Position numbers and translations under genes: made by a program
Notes under the pieces: generated by a model
Told to the model about the DNA's origin: nothing
Databases searched by the model: none
The model's input: the letters and a program-made list of their open reading frames with translations, nothing else
Shown here: one piece after another, positions 18,563 to 26,712 of the stretch
Layout: the number at the start of each line of letters is the position of its first letter
Numbering within the stretch: position 1 is the stretch's first letter
Origin: Clostridia bacterium
GTDB lineage: Bacteria > Bacillota > Clostridia > UMGS1883
Direction of reading: 5' to 3'
DNA: 64,000 bases
NCBI GenBank assembly: GCA_017505525.1
Contig: JAFVPB010000002.1
Location: 163,508 to 227,507, forward strand

Positions 18563-19513
18563 CTACAGTGCCAGATAACTGACAACGCATAAAACAAGGG
18601 TTACCACGCTGAACACTGCCACAACTTTGGTTTCTTTCCAACCGCACATTTCGAAATGATGATGCACGGGCGCCATTTTAAACACACGTTTTTTTGTTTT
18701 CTTATAAGTTGCAACCTGAATGATTACACTTAATGCTTCAAATAAAAATACAAATGAACTTATTATTATAAAAAGCTCCATTCCAGCACTTATTGCAACT
18801 GCTGCAATCATTCCGCCTATGAAAAGGCTTCCTGTATCGCCCATAAACACTTTTGCAGGATGTGCATTATATATTAAAAACGCCAGAAGTCCTCCTGCAA
18901 GAGCTGCCGATATTATGGCACCCTCGCTATGAACAGCAAACTGCGCACAAGCTATTGTAAAAAATATCGATATGATTGAGCCAACGCTTGCACAAAGTCC
19001 GTCGAGTCCATCAGTAAGATTAGAACTGTTTGTGGTAGCTAAAAGCACAAGCATAACAAACGGAATATATAAAATACCCAAATCAAGCTCAATATGTGCA
19101 AACGGAATAATTGTTTTCGTCTGCCCAAAGCCAAAATACAAATAAAGTGCATATGCAAGACTTACAACAGTTTGAAGCAAAAACTTCTGCTTTGCGCTAA
19201 GCCCCTTATTGTGCTTTTTTATAACCTTTATATAGTCGTCTATAAACCCGATTAATCCAAAGAGCACACCGCACAAAAGAATTCCGCCGCCACGCCATCC
19301 GCGGATAAAAAAGATTGAAGCTGCCACACACGAAAGGATAAACGCGAGCCCTCCCATAGTAGGTGTTCCCTGTTTTTTCTCGTGCCACGTGGGTCCGTCT
19401 TCAAGAATCGTCTGGCCAAACTTCAGCTTTCTTAAAAATGGAATTAATACAGGTTCAAACAGTGCAGTAATTAAAAAACTGACTGCACAAGCAATTAAAA
19501 TTTTTATCCACAT
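18563..19513 (-). CDS. mraY: Phospho-N-acetylmuramoyl-pentapeptide transferase MraY
   Basis: KKQGTPTMGG, NLTDGLDGL and MGDTGSLFIGG motifs. ATG at 19513 with AGAGGAG RBS lies just after the murE stop (19527). Confidence 0.95.
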   Translation of the reverse strand: MWIKILIACAVSFLITALFEPVLIPFLRKLKFGQTILEDGPTWHEKKQGTPTMGGLAFILSCVAASIFFIRGWRGGGILLCGVLFGLIGFIDDYIKVIKKHNKGLSAKQKFLLQTVVSLAYALYLYFGFGQTKTIIPFAHIELDLGILYIPFVMLVLLATTNSSNLTDGLDGLCASVGSIISIFFTIACAQFAVHSEGAIISAALAGGLLAFLIYNAHPAKVFMGDTGSLFIGGMIAAVAISAGMELFIIISSFVFLFEALSVIIQVATYKKTKKRVFKMAPVHHHFEMCGWKETKVVAVFSVVTLVLCVVSYLAL

Positions 19514-19526
19514 TGTTATTACTCCT

Positions 19527-20963
19527 CTAGTTTTGCAGCTCTTTGTATATTTCGCGCACAATAACACGTTCATCGAAATCGTACTTTATATGGTTGATTT
19601 CCTGATACGTTTCATGCCCCTTACCTGCAAGAATAATAATATCGTCCTCTTTTGCAATTTCCATAGCCTTTTTGATTGCATCACGTCTGTTTTCCACAAC
19701 GATGTGATTAGCCTTTTTCATTCCTGCAAGAATATCTTTAATAATTTCAGATGGCTCTTCACATCTTGGATTATCGCTTGTTACAACAACCATATCGGAA
19801 AGTTCTTCAGCAATTTGGCCCATTATAGGTCTTTTTTTACTGTCGCGGTTTCCACCACAACCGATTACCGTTATAATATTTTTCTTACTGAATCCTCGCA
19901 CAGCACTAATTATATTGGTTACACCGTCGGGAGTGTGTGCATAGTCGATAATAACTGTGTAGGGAGAATTTATGTGTACAACTTCTATTCTTCCTTTTAT
20001 AGGCTTTGCAAGAACAAGTCCTTTTTCTATATCTTCATCGCTTACGCCTATATTCTGGCATGCACAGATTGCCGCCAAAGCATTATACACAGAAAATCTT
20101 CCCGGAATTCCAAGTCTCATTTCGTGGTTTTCACCGTTTTTATTAATGCTGAATATCACTCCGCGCTCGCTCATTTTAATGTTTTCCGCTTTAACGAGCG
20201 ACGGGGCATCTATAGAATATGTAAGTATTTTTTCTTTGCATTCCTTAAGAATTATATCTTTATACGCATCATCTGCATTAACAGCGGCAGATCTTGACAT
20301 TGAGAAAAGAATTGCCTTTGCCTTTGCATATTCGTCCATTGTTTTATGAAAGTCAAGATGGTCCTGCGTAATATTTGTAATCACAGCCGTCTCAAACTCC
20401 ACGCCGTAAACTCTATCGAGCACAAGCGAGTGGCTTGAAACCTCCATAACAACATATTCTCCGCCGCTTTGAGCCATTTTGTAAAATATCTCAAAGAGGT
20501 CAAGCGATTCAGGCGTTGTTCTGCTTGATTCAATTTCTTCATTTCCTATAATTATCTGATTTGTGCCTATAAGATCGCACCTTGTACCCTTAAGCATTAA
20601 AATCTGACGGATGAGGTATGTGGTAGTGGTTTTACCATTAGTACCCGTTAAACCAATAATTTTAAGCTTTCTTTCGGGATGATCGTAAAAAGCTGCTGCA
20701 CAAAGCGCCATTGCTCTCCTGGAATTATCGGTTTTAACATAAGTGCAACTTAAAGATAAATCTTCTTCACCGATTACTGCTATAGCACCATTTTCTATTG
20801 CACTCTCTATATATTTATGTCCATCTGTTTCAAAGCCGCGGATAGCTATAAACAGATACCCTTCTTTAACGCATCTTGAATTATATGCAATACCTTTTAT
20901 TTCTATATCGGTATCTCCAACTGTTGATGCTTTTATTTCTTTAATTATATCTTTAAGTAACAT
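19527..20963 (-). CDS. murE: UDP-MurNAc-L-Ala-D-Glu:meso-diaminopimelate ligase MurE
   Basis: GLTGTNGKTTT P-loop and the SDNPR motif, which in characterised MurE enzymes goes with meso-DAP specificity. Confidence 0.92.
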   Translation of the reverse strand: MLLKDIIKEIKASTVGDTDIEIKGIAYNSRCVKEGYLFIAIRGFETDGHKYIESAIENGAIAVIGEEDLSLSCTYVKTDNSRRAMALCAAAFYDHPERKLKIIGLTGTNGKTTTTYLIRQILMLKGTRCDLIGTNQIIIGNEEIESSRTTPESLDLFEIFYKMAQSGGEYVVMEVSSHSLVLDRVYGVEFETAVITNITQDHLDFHKTMDEYAKAKAILFSMSRSAAVNADDAYKDIILKECKEKILTYSIDAPSLVKAENIKMSERGVIFSINKNGENHEMRLGIPGRFSVYNALAAICACQNIGVSDEDIEKGLVLAKPIKGRIEVVHINSPYTVIIDYAHTPDGVTNIISAVRGFSKKNIITVIGCGGNRDSKKRPIMGQIAEELSDMVVVTSDNPRCEEPSEIIKDILAGMKKANHIVVENRRDAIKKAMEIAKEDDIIILAGKGHETYQEINHIKYDFDERVIVREIYKELQN

Positions 20964-20975
20964 CTTCCACCTCCG

Positions 20976-23162
20976 TCAATCTGAATGTCGGGCAACAAAT
21001 TTCACATAAATATCTGTACCCTCGGCAACCTCTGCGTTTGCCTCGGGAGTTTGTGAAACTGCAACGTAATCGTCTGTAATTTCGTTTAATTTTGTTACAT
21101 CGAGCTTCATATTAAGCTTTGAATTTTGAATTGTACTAAGTGCATTTTTATATGTCATTCCTATAACATCAGGCACTTTAAATGAAGTTTTTGCACCTTC
21201 ATGCATATATGCTATAAGCTGCGAGCCCTTATGAAGAAGAGTACCCGATTTTGGGATCTGACTCTTCACAGTGTTTCCGCTGCCTTTAACAACCAGTTTT
21301 AACCCTGCATCTTCCACTTTCTTCTGTGCTTCTTCAAGGGTAAGACCTTCAATTTTAGGAACATTTACAGAAATATTCTGGACTGTGCTTTCAGTATATT
21401 GTGATTCATATCCAAGATAAGGAAGCACATCTCTTATTATTTTACCTACTGCCGGCGCTGCTACTGCACCACCACCCGTTGCTCCTGCCATTGGTTCGTC
21501 AATCAGCAGAAGGCAAACTATTTGCGGGTCGTCTGCCGGAGCAAATCCTACAAATGAAGCAATATATTTTCCACTTCCACGCGGAAGCTTTTCGCTTGTT
21601 CCAGTTTTTCCGCCTATTCTGAAACCGTTTACATATGCGCCTTTACCCGTGCCGTTAGCTACAACCTGTTCAAGTATTTCACGCATCTGAGCACTAACAT
21701 CTTCCGAAACAACGTTTCTTACTATCTCGGGTTCAAAATTTTCTATAACCTTTCCCGAGGAATCTGTGTATGATTTAATAATATACGGCTTCATAAGATT
21801 TCCACCATTAATAACGGAAGAAACTGCAGAAATCATCTGAAGCGGAGTAACTGTAAATGTCTGGCCGAAAGATGATGTTGCAAGGTCCACAATTCCAAGC
21901 GTATCGTGGAATGTTCCCGAAGATTCTCCGGGGATGGTAAAGCCTGTTTTTTCAGTTAAACCAAAAGCATTAAAATATTTTCTGAAATTGGTTGCCCCAA
22001 GCCTTGAACCAAGCTCCATAAACATTGGGTTACACGAATTCATTACCCCCTGGGTAAAGGTTTCCTCTCCGTGGCCCTCTCTTTTCCAGCAGTGAATATC
22101 ACGGTTTGCCACATGCCTTACACCCGAGCATGCAAAGTGGTCGTCTAACGAGGCAACTCCTTCTTCAAGGGCCGATGCTGCAACCATAATTTTAAAAGTT
22201 GAGCCCGGTTCGTATGAATCAACTACCGCCTTGTTTCTCCACATTTTTGTAACCGCACTGCTGTAGGCCTTGTCGTAAGCTTCATCTTCAAGCTCTTTAT
22301 CTTCAAGCTGGTCTAAAAGGTGCTGATCGATAATTGTGCGCGGTTCGTTAAGATCGTAGCCCGGAACAACTGCCATTGCCAGTATTTCGCCTGTATTAGG
22401 ATTCATAACTATTGCTGCACCGCCGTTGCCTGCAAGATTTGTCTCGTAAGCTTCCTGCAGGTGCTTTTCAGTATAGTGCTGAATAACCTCATCAATTGTA
22501 AGCACAACGCCTTTGCCGTCTTGTGGTTCAACGTAGTATTCATATTTATATGGCATTTCAGTATTAGACACGTCTTTTGCCACTGCAATTCGTCCGTCGA
22601 TTCCACTAAGGTCATCATCAAGAACGTATTCAAGACCTTCAAGTCCCTGATTGTCAGTTCCCGTAAAACCTAAAACCTGAGACGCAAGCGACCCATATGG
22701 ATAATATCTTTTTGCATCTTCTTCAAAATGTATTCCCGTAATATCAAGCTCACGAAGCTTATCTGCAACGCTTTTTTCAACCTGATTCTTTATTATAACT
22801 GATTGAAGCTTTGTTTTAGCTATTTTTTCTTCAACCGTTTTCCTGTCGACTTTTAATATTTTTACAAGTGCAGAAGTAACCTCAACCTGATTTTCCGCCT
22901 TTTCAATTTCCTGAGGATTGATAGTTATTCTTTCAGCTGTGGCACTTTGCGCAAGGACTTTCATATTCCTGTCGTAAATCGCGCCTCTTTTTGCCGTTAC
23001 CGCACTGTCGCGTGTTTGCTGTCGAGCGGCAAGATTTTTATATGTTGAACCTTTTACAAACTGTATCCAGAAGAGCTTCCCGGCAAGAACAATCACTCCC
23101 ACCAAAAAAAGCACAGCCATTATTCTTATTCTTTTTTTTGTTGAAAATTGTGTTTTTGCCAT
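20976..23162 (-). CDS. Class B penicillin-binding protein (PBP2B/SpoVD-like transpeptidase with C-terminal PASTA repeats)
   Basis: N-terminal TM anchor. STFK (SxxK), SCN (SxN) and KTGT motifs. Two PASTA-like repeats at the C-terminus. Confidence 0.9.
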   Translation of the reverse strand: MAKTQFSTKKRIRIMAVLFLVGVIVLAGKLFWIQFVKGSTYKNLAARQQTRDSAVTAKRGAIYDRNMKVLAQSATAERITINPQEIEKAENQVEVTSALVKILKVDRKTVEEKIAKTKLQSVIIKNQVEKSVADKLRELDITGIHFEEDAKRYYPYGSLASQVLGFTGTDNQGLEGLEYVLDDDLSGIDGRIAVAKDVSNTEMPYKYEYYVEPQDGKGVVLTIDEVIQHYTEKHLQEAYETNLAGNGGAAIVMNPNTGEILAMAVVPGYDLNEPRTIIDQHLLDQLEDKELEDEAYDKAYSSAVTKMWRNKAVVDSYEPGSTFKIMVAASALEEGVASLDDHFACSGVRHVANRDIHCWKREGHGEETFTQGVMNSCNPMFMELGSRLGATNFRKYFNAFGLTEKTGFTIPGESSGTFHDTLGIVDLATSSFGQTFTVTPLQMISAVSSVINGGNLMKPYIIKSYTDSSGKVIENFEPEIVRNVVSEDVSAQMREILEQVVANGTGKGAYVNGFRIGGKTGTSEKLPRGSGKYIASFVGFAPADDPQIVCLLLIDEPMAGATGGGAVAAPAVGKIIRDVLPYLGYESQYTESTVQNISVNVPKIEGLTLEEAQKKVEDAGLKLVVKGSGNTVKSQIPKSGTLLHKGSQLIAYMHEGAKTSFKVPDVIGMTYKNALSTIQNSKLNMKLDVTKLNEITDDYVAVSQTPEANAEVAEGTDIYVKFVARHSD

Positions 23163-23257
23163 ATTCTCCCCTCCTTACGTTATTCCCTGATGACTAAGAA
23201 AAGGAAGAGGCATTATTCTATCACGTTGCCGCTTCCTTTGGCTTATTATCTATTATA

Positions 23258-23737
23258 TTAGTATAAGTAGTCCAATATTCCCGATATGCTGTTTATAAAT
23301 GCATTTAAAACATTGGTTTTTTCATTTTTAAGAACTTCGCCATTATCAACGTTGCCAAGCGAAATGTATGTTATCTGATCTTTCGATGGCTGCCTCAGGC
23401 CAAGACGCTCTGCCTCTTTTTCGATTACCTTCGGGTCAACATTTCCGTCTGCCTCAATTCTTGTTGCAACCACATTCGCGTTTATGGTTTCCAGCTCGCG
23501 ACGAACCTTTGTGAGCTCGCTGAACTCATTTGCTATAATTGCATATCTGAAAAGAACAAGAAAAGCCATTGAAAATATAAGCGCAACTGCTGCAACAATA
23601 CGTTTTTTTATAACAAGTCTTGTTTTTTTAGCACTTGCTGTCTTTCTTGTTGCTATTTTAATATTTTTACGAAGCTTATCAGTATTATCTTTTGTGTAGT
23701 ATTCTTTTTTTAACGCACTTGTTCCGTCTGAATACAT
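23258..23737 (-). CDS. ftsL: FtsL-like septum-formation protein (single TM, coiled coil)
   Basis: Position between rsmH and the PBP. TM IVAAVALIFSMAFLVLF followed by a coiled coil. ATG at 23737 with AGGAG RBS. Confidence 0.6.
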   Translation of the reverse strand: MYSDGTSALKKEYYTKDNTDKLRKNIKIATRKTASAKKTRLVIKKRIVAAVALIFSMAFLVLFRYAIIANEFSELTKVRRELETINANVVATRIEADGNVDPKVIEKEAERLGLRQPSKDQITYISLGNVDNGEVLKNEKTNVLNAFINSISGILDYLY

Positions 23738-23747
23738 TTTACTGCTC

Positions 23748-24674
23748 CTAATTAATAATTTTTTCAATAGTTCTTAGTTTGCTGCTTCTTGCACGTGGGT
23801 TACGCTCTAATTCCTCGTCAGAAGGAATTATCGGTTTTCTTCCCACTACCTTCCCCTTTGGAGTGTTACCGCAAACACACACCGGAAAATCTTTCGGACA
23901 GGTGCAACCGTTACTAAGAGAAGAAAAGGTTGTTTTTATAATCCTGTCTTCTAAACTGTGGAAGGATATTACGCTCATCCTTCCGCCTTTTTTTAATAAA
24001 TCAACACTGTCGCGAATAGTTTTTTCAAGAATTTTCAGTTCGCTGTTTACCTCTATTCTTATAGCCTGAAAAGTCCTTTTCGCAGGATGCGGACCATCCT
24101 TTCTGGCTGATTGCGGTATTGCTGCTTTTATAATGTCTACAAGATTGAAAGTTGTTTCAATGCTTGATTTTTCTCTTTCGTTTACTATAAACTTTGCTAT
24201 TCTGCTTGCCCAGCGCTCTTCACCGTAACACGATATAACTCTGAAAAGCTCTTCTTCACTGTATGTATTAACAACATCGCGGGCGGTAAGATTATCACGC
24301 TTGTCCATTCTCATATCAAGCGGAGCATCGTGCATATAAGAAAAGCCGCGCTCAGCATTGTCAAGCTGAGGAGATGAAACCCCCAAATCGGCGATTATAC
24401 CGTCAAACGCTTCTATGCCAAGCTCTTTTGCTGCATTTTTTATATTTACAAAATTATCGTGCACCGGAATAAAATTCCAAGAAGCAAATTTTTCTTTTGC
24501 ATTTTCTATTGCAATAATGTCTCTGTCAAACCCCACAACTTGTCCACCACGTTCAAGGATTAACGAGGAATGTCCCCCACCGCCAAGCGTAAGGTCGGCA
24601 TATATTCCGCCTTTTTTTACATTTATACTATCTACAGTTTCATTAAGAAGTACTGTTACGTGGTTAAACTCCAC
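23748..24674 (-). CDS. rsmH: 16S rRNA (cytosine1402-N4)-methyltransferase RsmH
   Basis: [26 protein letters not shown] and ISFHSLEDR motifs. GTG start. Confidence 0.95.
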   Translation of the reverse strand: MEFNHVTVLLNETVDSINVKKGGIYADLTLGGGGHSSLILERGGQVVGFDRDIIAIENAKEKFASWNFIPVHDNFVNIKNAAKELGIEAFDGIIADLGVSSPQLDNAERGFSYMHDAPLDMRMDKRDNLTARDVVNTYSEEELFRVISCYGEERWASRIAKFIVNEREKSSIETTFNLVDIIKAAIPQSARKDGPHPAKRTFQAIRIEVNSELKILEKTIRDSVDLLKKGGRMSVISFHSLEDRIIKTTFSSLSNGCTCPKDFPVCVCGNTPKGKVVGRKPIIPSDEELERNPRARSSKLRTIEKIIN

Positions 24675-24693
24675 TACAATTCCTCCCGTATGC

Positions 24694-25137
24694 TTAGAAG
24701 CTGATTGCTTCCATACTTTCTGCCGCTTCCTCAGCCGTCATAAACTCTCCATCGTCTTCTGGCATAGAATATTTCTTCCAAACCTCGGCATCCCATATTT
24801 CCACACGTTTGCTCACACCGATTATAATTACCTCTTTTGTAAGCTGCGCATATTCGCGGTGTGGCTGAGTTATTAAAACCTTACCCTGTTTATCGGGTTC
24901 TGCCTCTGATGCACCTGATAAGAATGTTCTTTGCAGGAAACGTGCACTCTTCTGATTTGAGGGAAGCTTAGCTAAATTTTCAGCTACCTTTTCCCACTCA
25001 TCCATCGGATACACAAAAAGGCATCCGTCAAGACCCTTGGTGATCATAAAATGTTCGCCAAGTTGCTCACGGAACTTAACAGGCATAATAATTCTGCCCT
25101 TTGAATCGATATTATGAGAAAACTCTCCCACGAACAC
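24694..25137 (-). CDS. mraZ: Transcriptional regulator MraZ
   Basis: [23 protein letters not shown] plus a second SpoVT/AbrB-like repeat (DKQGKVLI). GTG start with GGAGGTG RBS. Confidence 0.95.
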   Translation of the reverse strand: MFVGEFSHNIDSKGRIIMPVKFREQLGEHFMITKGLDGCLFVYPMDEWEKVAENLAKLPSNQKSARFLQRTFLSGASEAEPDKQGKVLITQPHREYAQLTKEVIIIGVSKRVEIWDAEVWKKYSMPEDDGEFMTAEEAAESMEAISF

Positions 25138-25149
25138 TTAAATCACCTC

Positions 25150-25183
25150 CACTTTCTTGCACTTAAATACACTTTCTTGCACT
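25150..25183 (-). promoter_or_regulatory. Putative MraZ operator: four AGTG-core boxes phased at exactly 10 nt in the mraZ leader
   Basis: Minus strand: cagAGTGc aagaAAGTGt atttAAGTGc aagaAAGTGg. On the plus strand, cact occurs at 25150, 25160, 25170 and 25180. Confidence 0.55.
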
Positions 25184-25191
25184 CTGGCTTT

Positions 25192-25220
25192 ATTTTACTA
25201 TATATTTTGAGAGATTTCAA
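25192..25220 (-). promoter_or_regulatory. Candidate dcw (mraZ) promoter
   Basis: Minus strand TTGAAA (25220-25215), 17 nt, TAAAAT (25197-25192), immediately upstream of the AGTG boxes. Confidence 0.5.
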
Positions 25221-25381
25221 TACTTTTTTTACATTTTTATAAAATTTTTTTGCAAAAAAATTTTTTCGCTATATATATGATAATAAGCTTTTTTTATAAC
25301 TATATTTTGTGGTTTTAAAAAACAAATCATTACATAAATATTTCAAATTTGTTTAATTTTACCATAAAATAAACTTATTTC

Positions 25382-25410
25382 TTGATTTTTGGGCATTTTA
25401 ACGTTATAAT
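25382..25410 (+). promoter_or_regulatory. Promoter of the PHP-family phosphatase gene
   Basis: TTGATT, 17 nt, TATAAT. Confidence 0.5.
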
Positions 25411-25442
25411 TTTTTTATGCACTAATAAATAAAGAAAGGCAG

Positions 25443-26261
25443 GTGGCAAAAATGTTTAATTCGCACGTACACACATATTTTTCTCCCGATTCAACCGAAT
25501 CTCCCGAAGCTATGTGTCGCGCAGCAATAGATCGTAATATGTGCGGAATAGCTTTTACCGACCATGCCAGTCTTGATTCATATATACTTGACAACGCCTA
25601 CAGAAATATTCTTAATTCATGCGAGGCAGCACGAAGCCTTAACGAGAAGTTTTCATCATTAAAAGTTCTTTCAGGCGTTGAAATCAGCGAGGTTACAAGA
25701 AAACCTGATTATGCCTCGCGCCTTATAAAAGCCACGAATCCCGATACTGTGCTTTTATCTGTTCACACAGCAGTGATAAATAGCAAACCGGTTTATTTTT
25801 CAAAAATTAATTTCAGCGCTATGGAAGCAGGCGAGATTTATTCTCTTTTAAAAAATTATTTCCGCGATGTTTATAATTCTGTTACCTCAGCAGATTTCGA
25901 TATTTTAGCTCACCTTACTCATCCTTTTTACTTTATCAACGGAAAAGCGCACAAAAATATCCCCGCACACGATTTTTACGGGGATATAGAAAAAATATTT
26001 TCCGTTGTTATAGAAAAAGGAAAGTCGCTTGAGGTTAACACTTCCAAGCTTAATTCCGATTATAATATGCTTATGCCAAGTGAAGATTTAATTCGTGTCT
26101 ACCGCCAGATGGGAGGCACACTTATCTCGCTCGGAAGCGATGCGCATGAAAAAGAAAATCTTGATCTCGGCTTTGAAGAAACAAAGGAATTTTTAAAGAA
26201 AATAGGCTTTAATTCATATGTTTATTACGAAAAAAGAAAGCCTTTTAAAATTTCTTTATAA
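25443..26261 (+). CDS. Histidinol-phosphatase (HisJ) family PHP-domain phosphoesterase
   Basis: HVHTYFSPDS N-terminal metal motif, FTDHA, HLTHP and GSDAH. The start may be ATG 25452 rather than GTG 25443. Confidence 0.8.
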   Translation: MAKMFNSHVHTYFSPDSTESPEAMCRAAIDRNMCGIAFTDHASLDSYILDNAYRNILNSCEAARSLNEKFSSLKVLSGVEISEVTRKPDYASRLIKATNPDTVLLSVHTAVINSKPVYFSKINFSAMEAGEIYSLLKNYFRDVYNSVTSADFDILAHLTHPFYFINGKAHKNIPAHDFYGDIEKIFSVVIEKGKSLEVNTSKLNSDYNMLMPSEDLIRVYRQMGGTLISLGSDAHEKENLDLGFEETKEFLKKIGFNSYVYYEKRKPFKISL

Positions 26262-26268
26262 AAAACAC

Positions 26269-26297
26269 TTGCATTATTCTAAATTTTGTATTATAAT
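26269..26297 (+). promoter_or_regulatory. Promoter of tRNA-Pro
   Basis: TTGCAT (26269-26274), 17 nt, TATAAT (26292-26297). Confidence 0.55.
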
Positions 26298-26380
26298 ATT
26301 TTCTGCTGATGTTTCAGGGTGCAGCGCGCTTGCTTTAGGCATCCTGCGATTAAGTTTTTATCTTAATATTGTTTTAATTT

Positions 26381-26456
26381 CGGGGTGTAGCGCAGCTGGT
26401 AGCGCGCCTGCTTTGGGAGCAGGATGCCGCAGGTTCAAGTCCTGTCACTCCGACCA
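26381..26456 (+). tRNA. tRNA-Pro (anticodon UGG), CCA encoded
   Basis: Manual cloverleaf. Acceptor cggggtg/cactccg, D arm gcgc-agctggta-gcgc, anticodon arm cctgc-ttTGGga-gcagg, T arm gcagg-ttcaagt-cctgt. 76 nt. Confidence 0.92.
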
Positions 26457-26458
26457 AA

Positions 26459-26500
26459 AAAACACAGTTGATGCTAAAGCATCAGCTGTGTTTTTTCTTT
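26459..26500 (+). terminator. Terminator after tRNA-Pro
   Basis: 14-bp stem aacacagttgatgc / gcatcagctgtgtt (one G-U pair) followed by a T-run. Confidence 0.7.
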
Positions 26501-26712
26501 TGAGCGCAAGATTTAAATTTGTAGTATGCTTCCAAAGCAGGTGCCTGCTTTGGGCTTTGAGCACGACTGGCACCTGTGGCGGATGAAAGGAGTGCGAAAT
26601 GCGGCAGCGGCCGACAGTTAGCAAGGCAATTTATTGCCGCAGATAGTTGTCGGGCTCCACAACGTGGTGGCGTAGCCGAGGATGCCTAAAAAACAAAACC
26701 GGTTTTTTAAAT

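Noticed and set aside
19389-20297. 302-aa ORF on the plus strand
   Set aside because: It is antisense to mraY/murE. The sequence is Ile/Phe/Asn-rich with no start context or motif, so it is a shadow ORF.
23163-23257. Possible regulatory hairpin between ftsL and the PBP gene
   Set aside because: It is only an 8-bp stem with a 24-nt loop and no U-tract, which is not distinguishable from chance in AT-rich sequence.
26218-26586. 122-aa ORF spanning the tRNA-Pro gene
   Set aside because: It reads straight through a bona fide tRNA and its terminator, so it has no coding plausibility.
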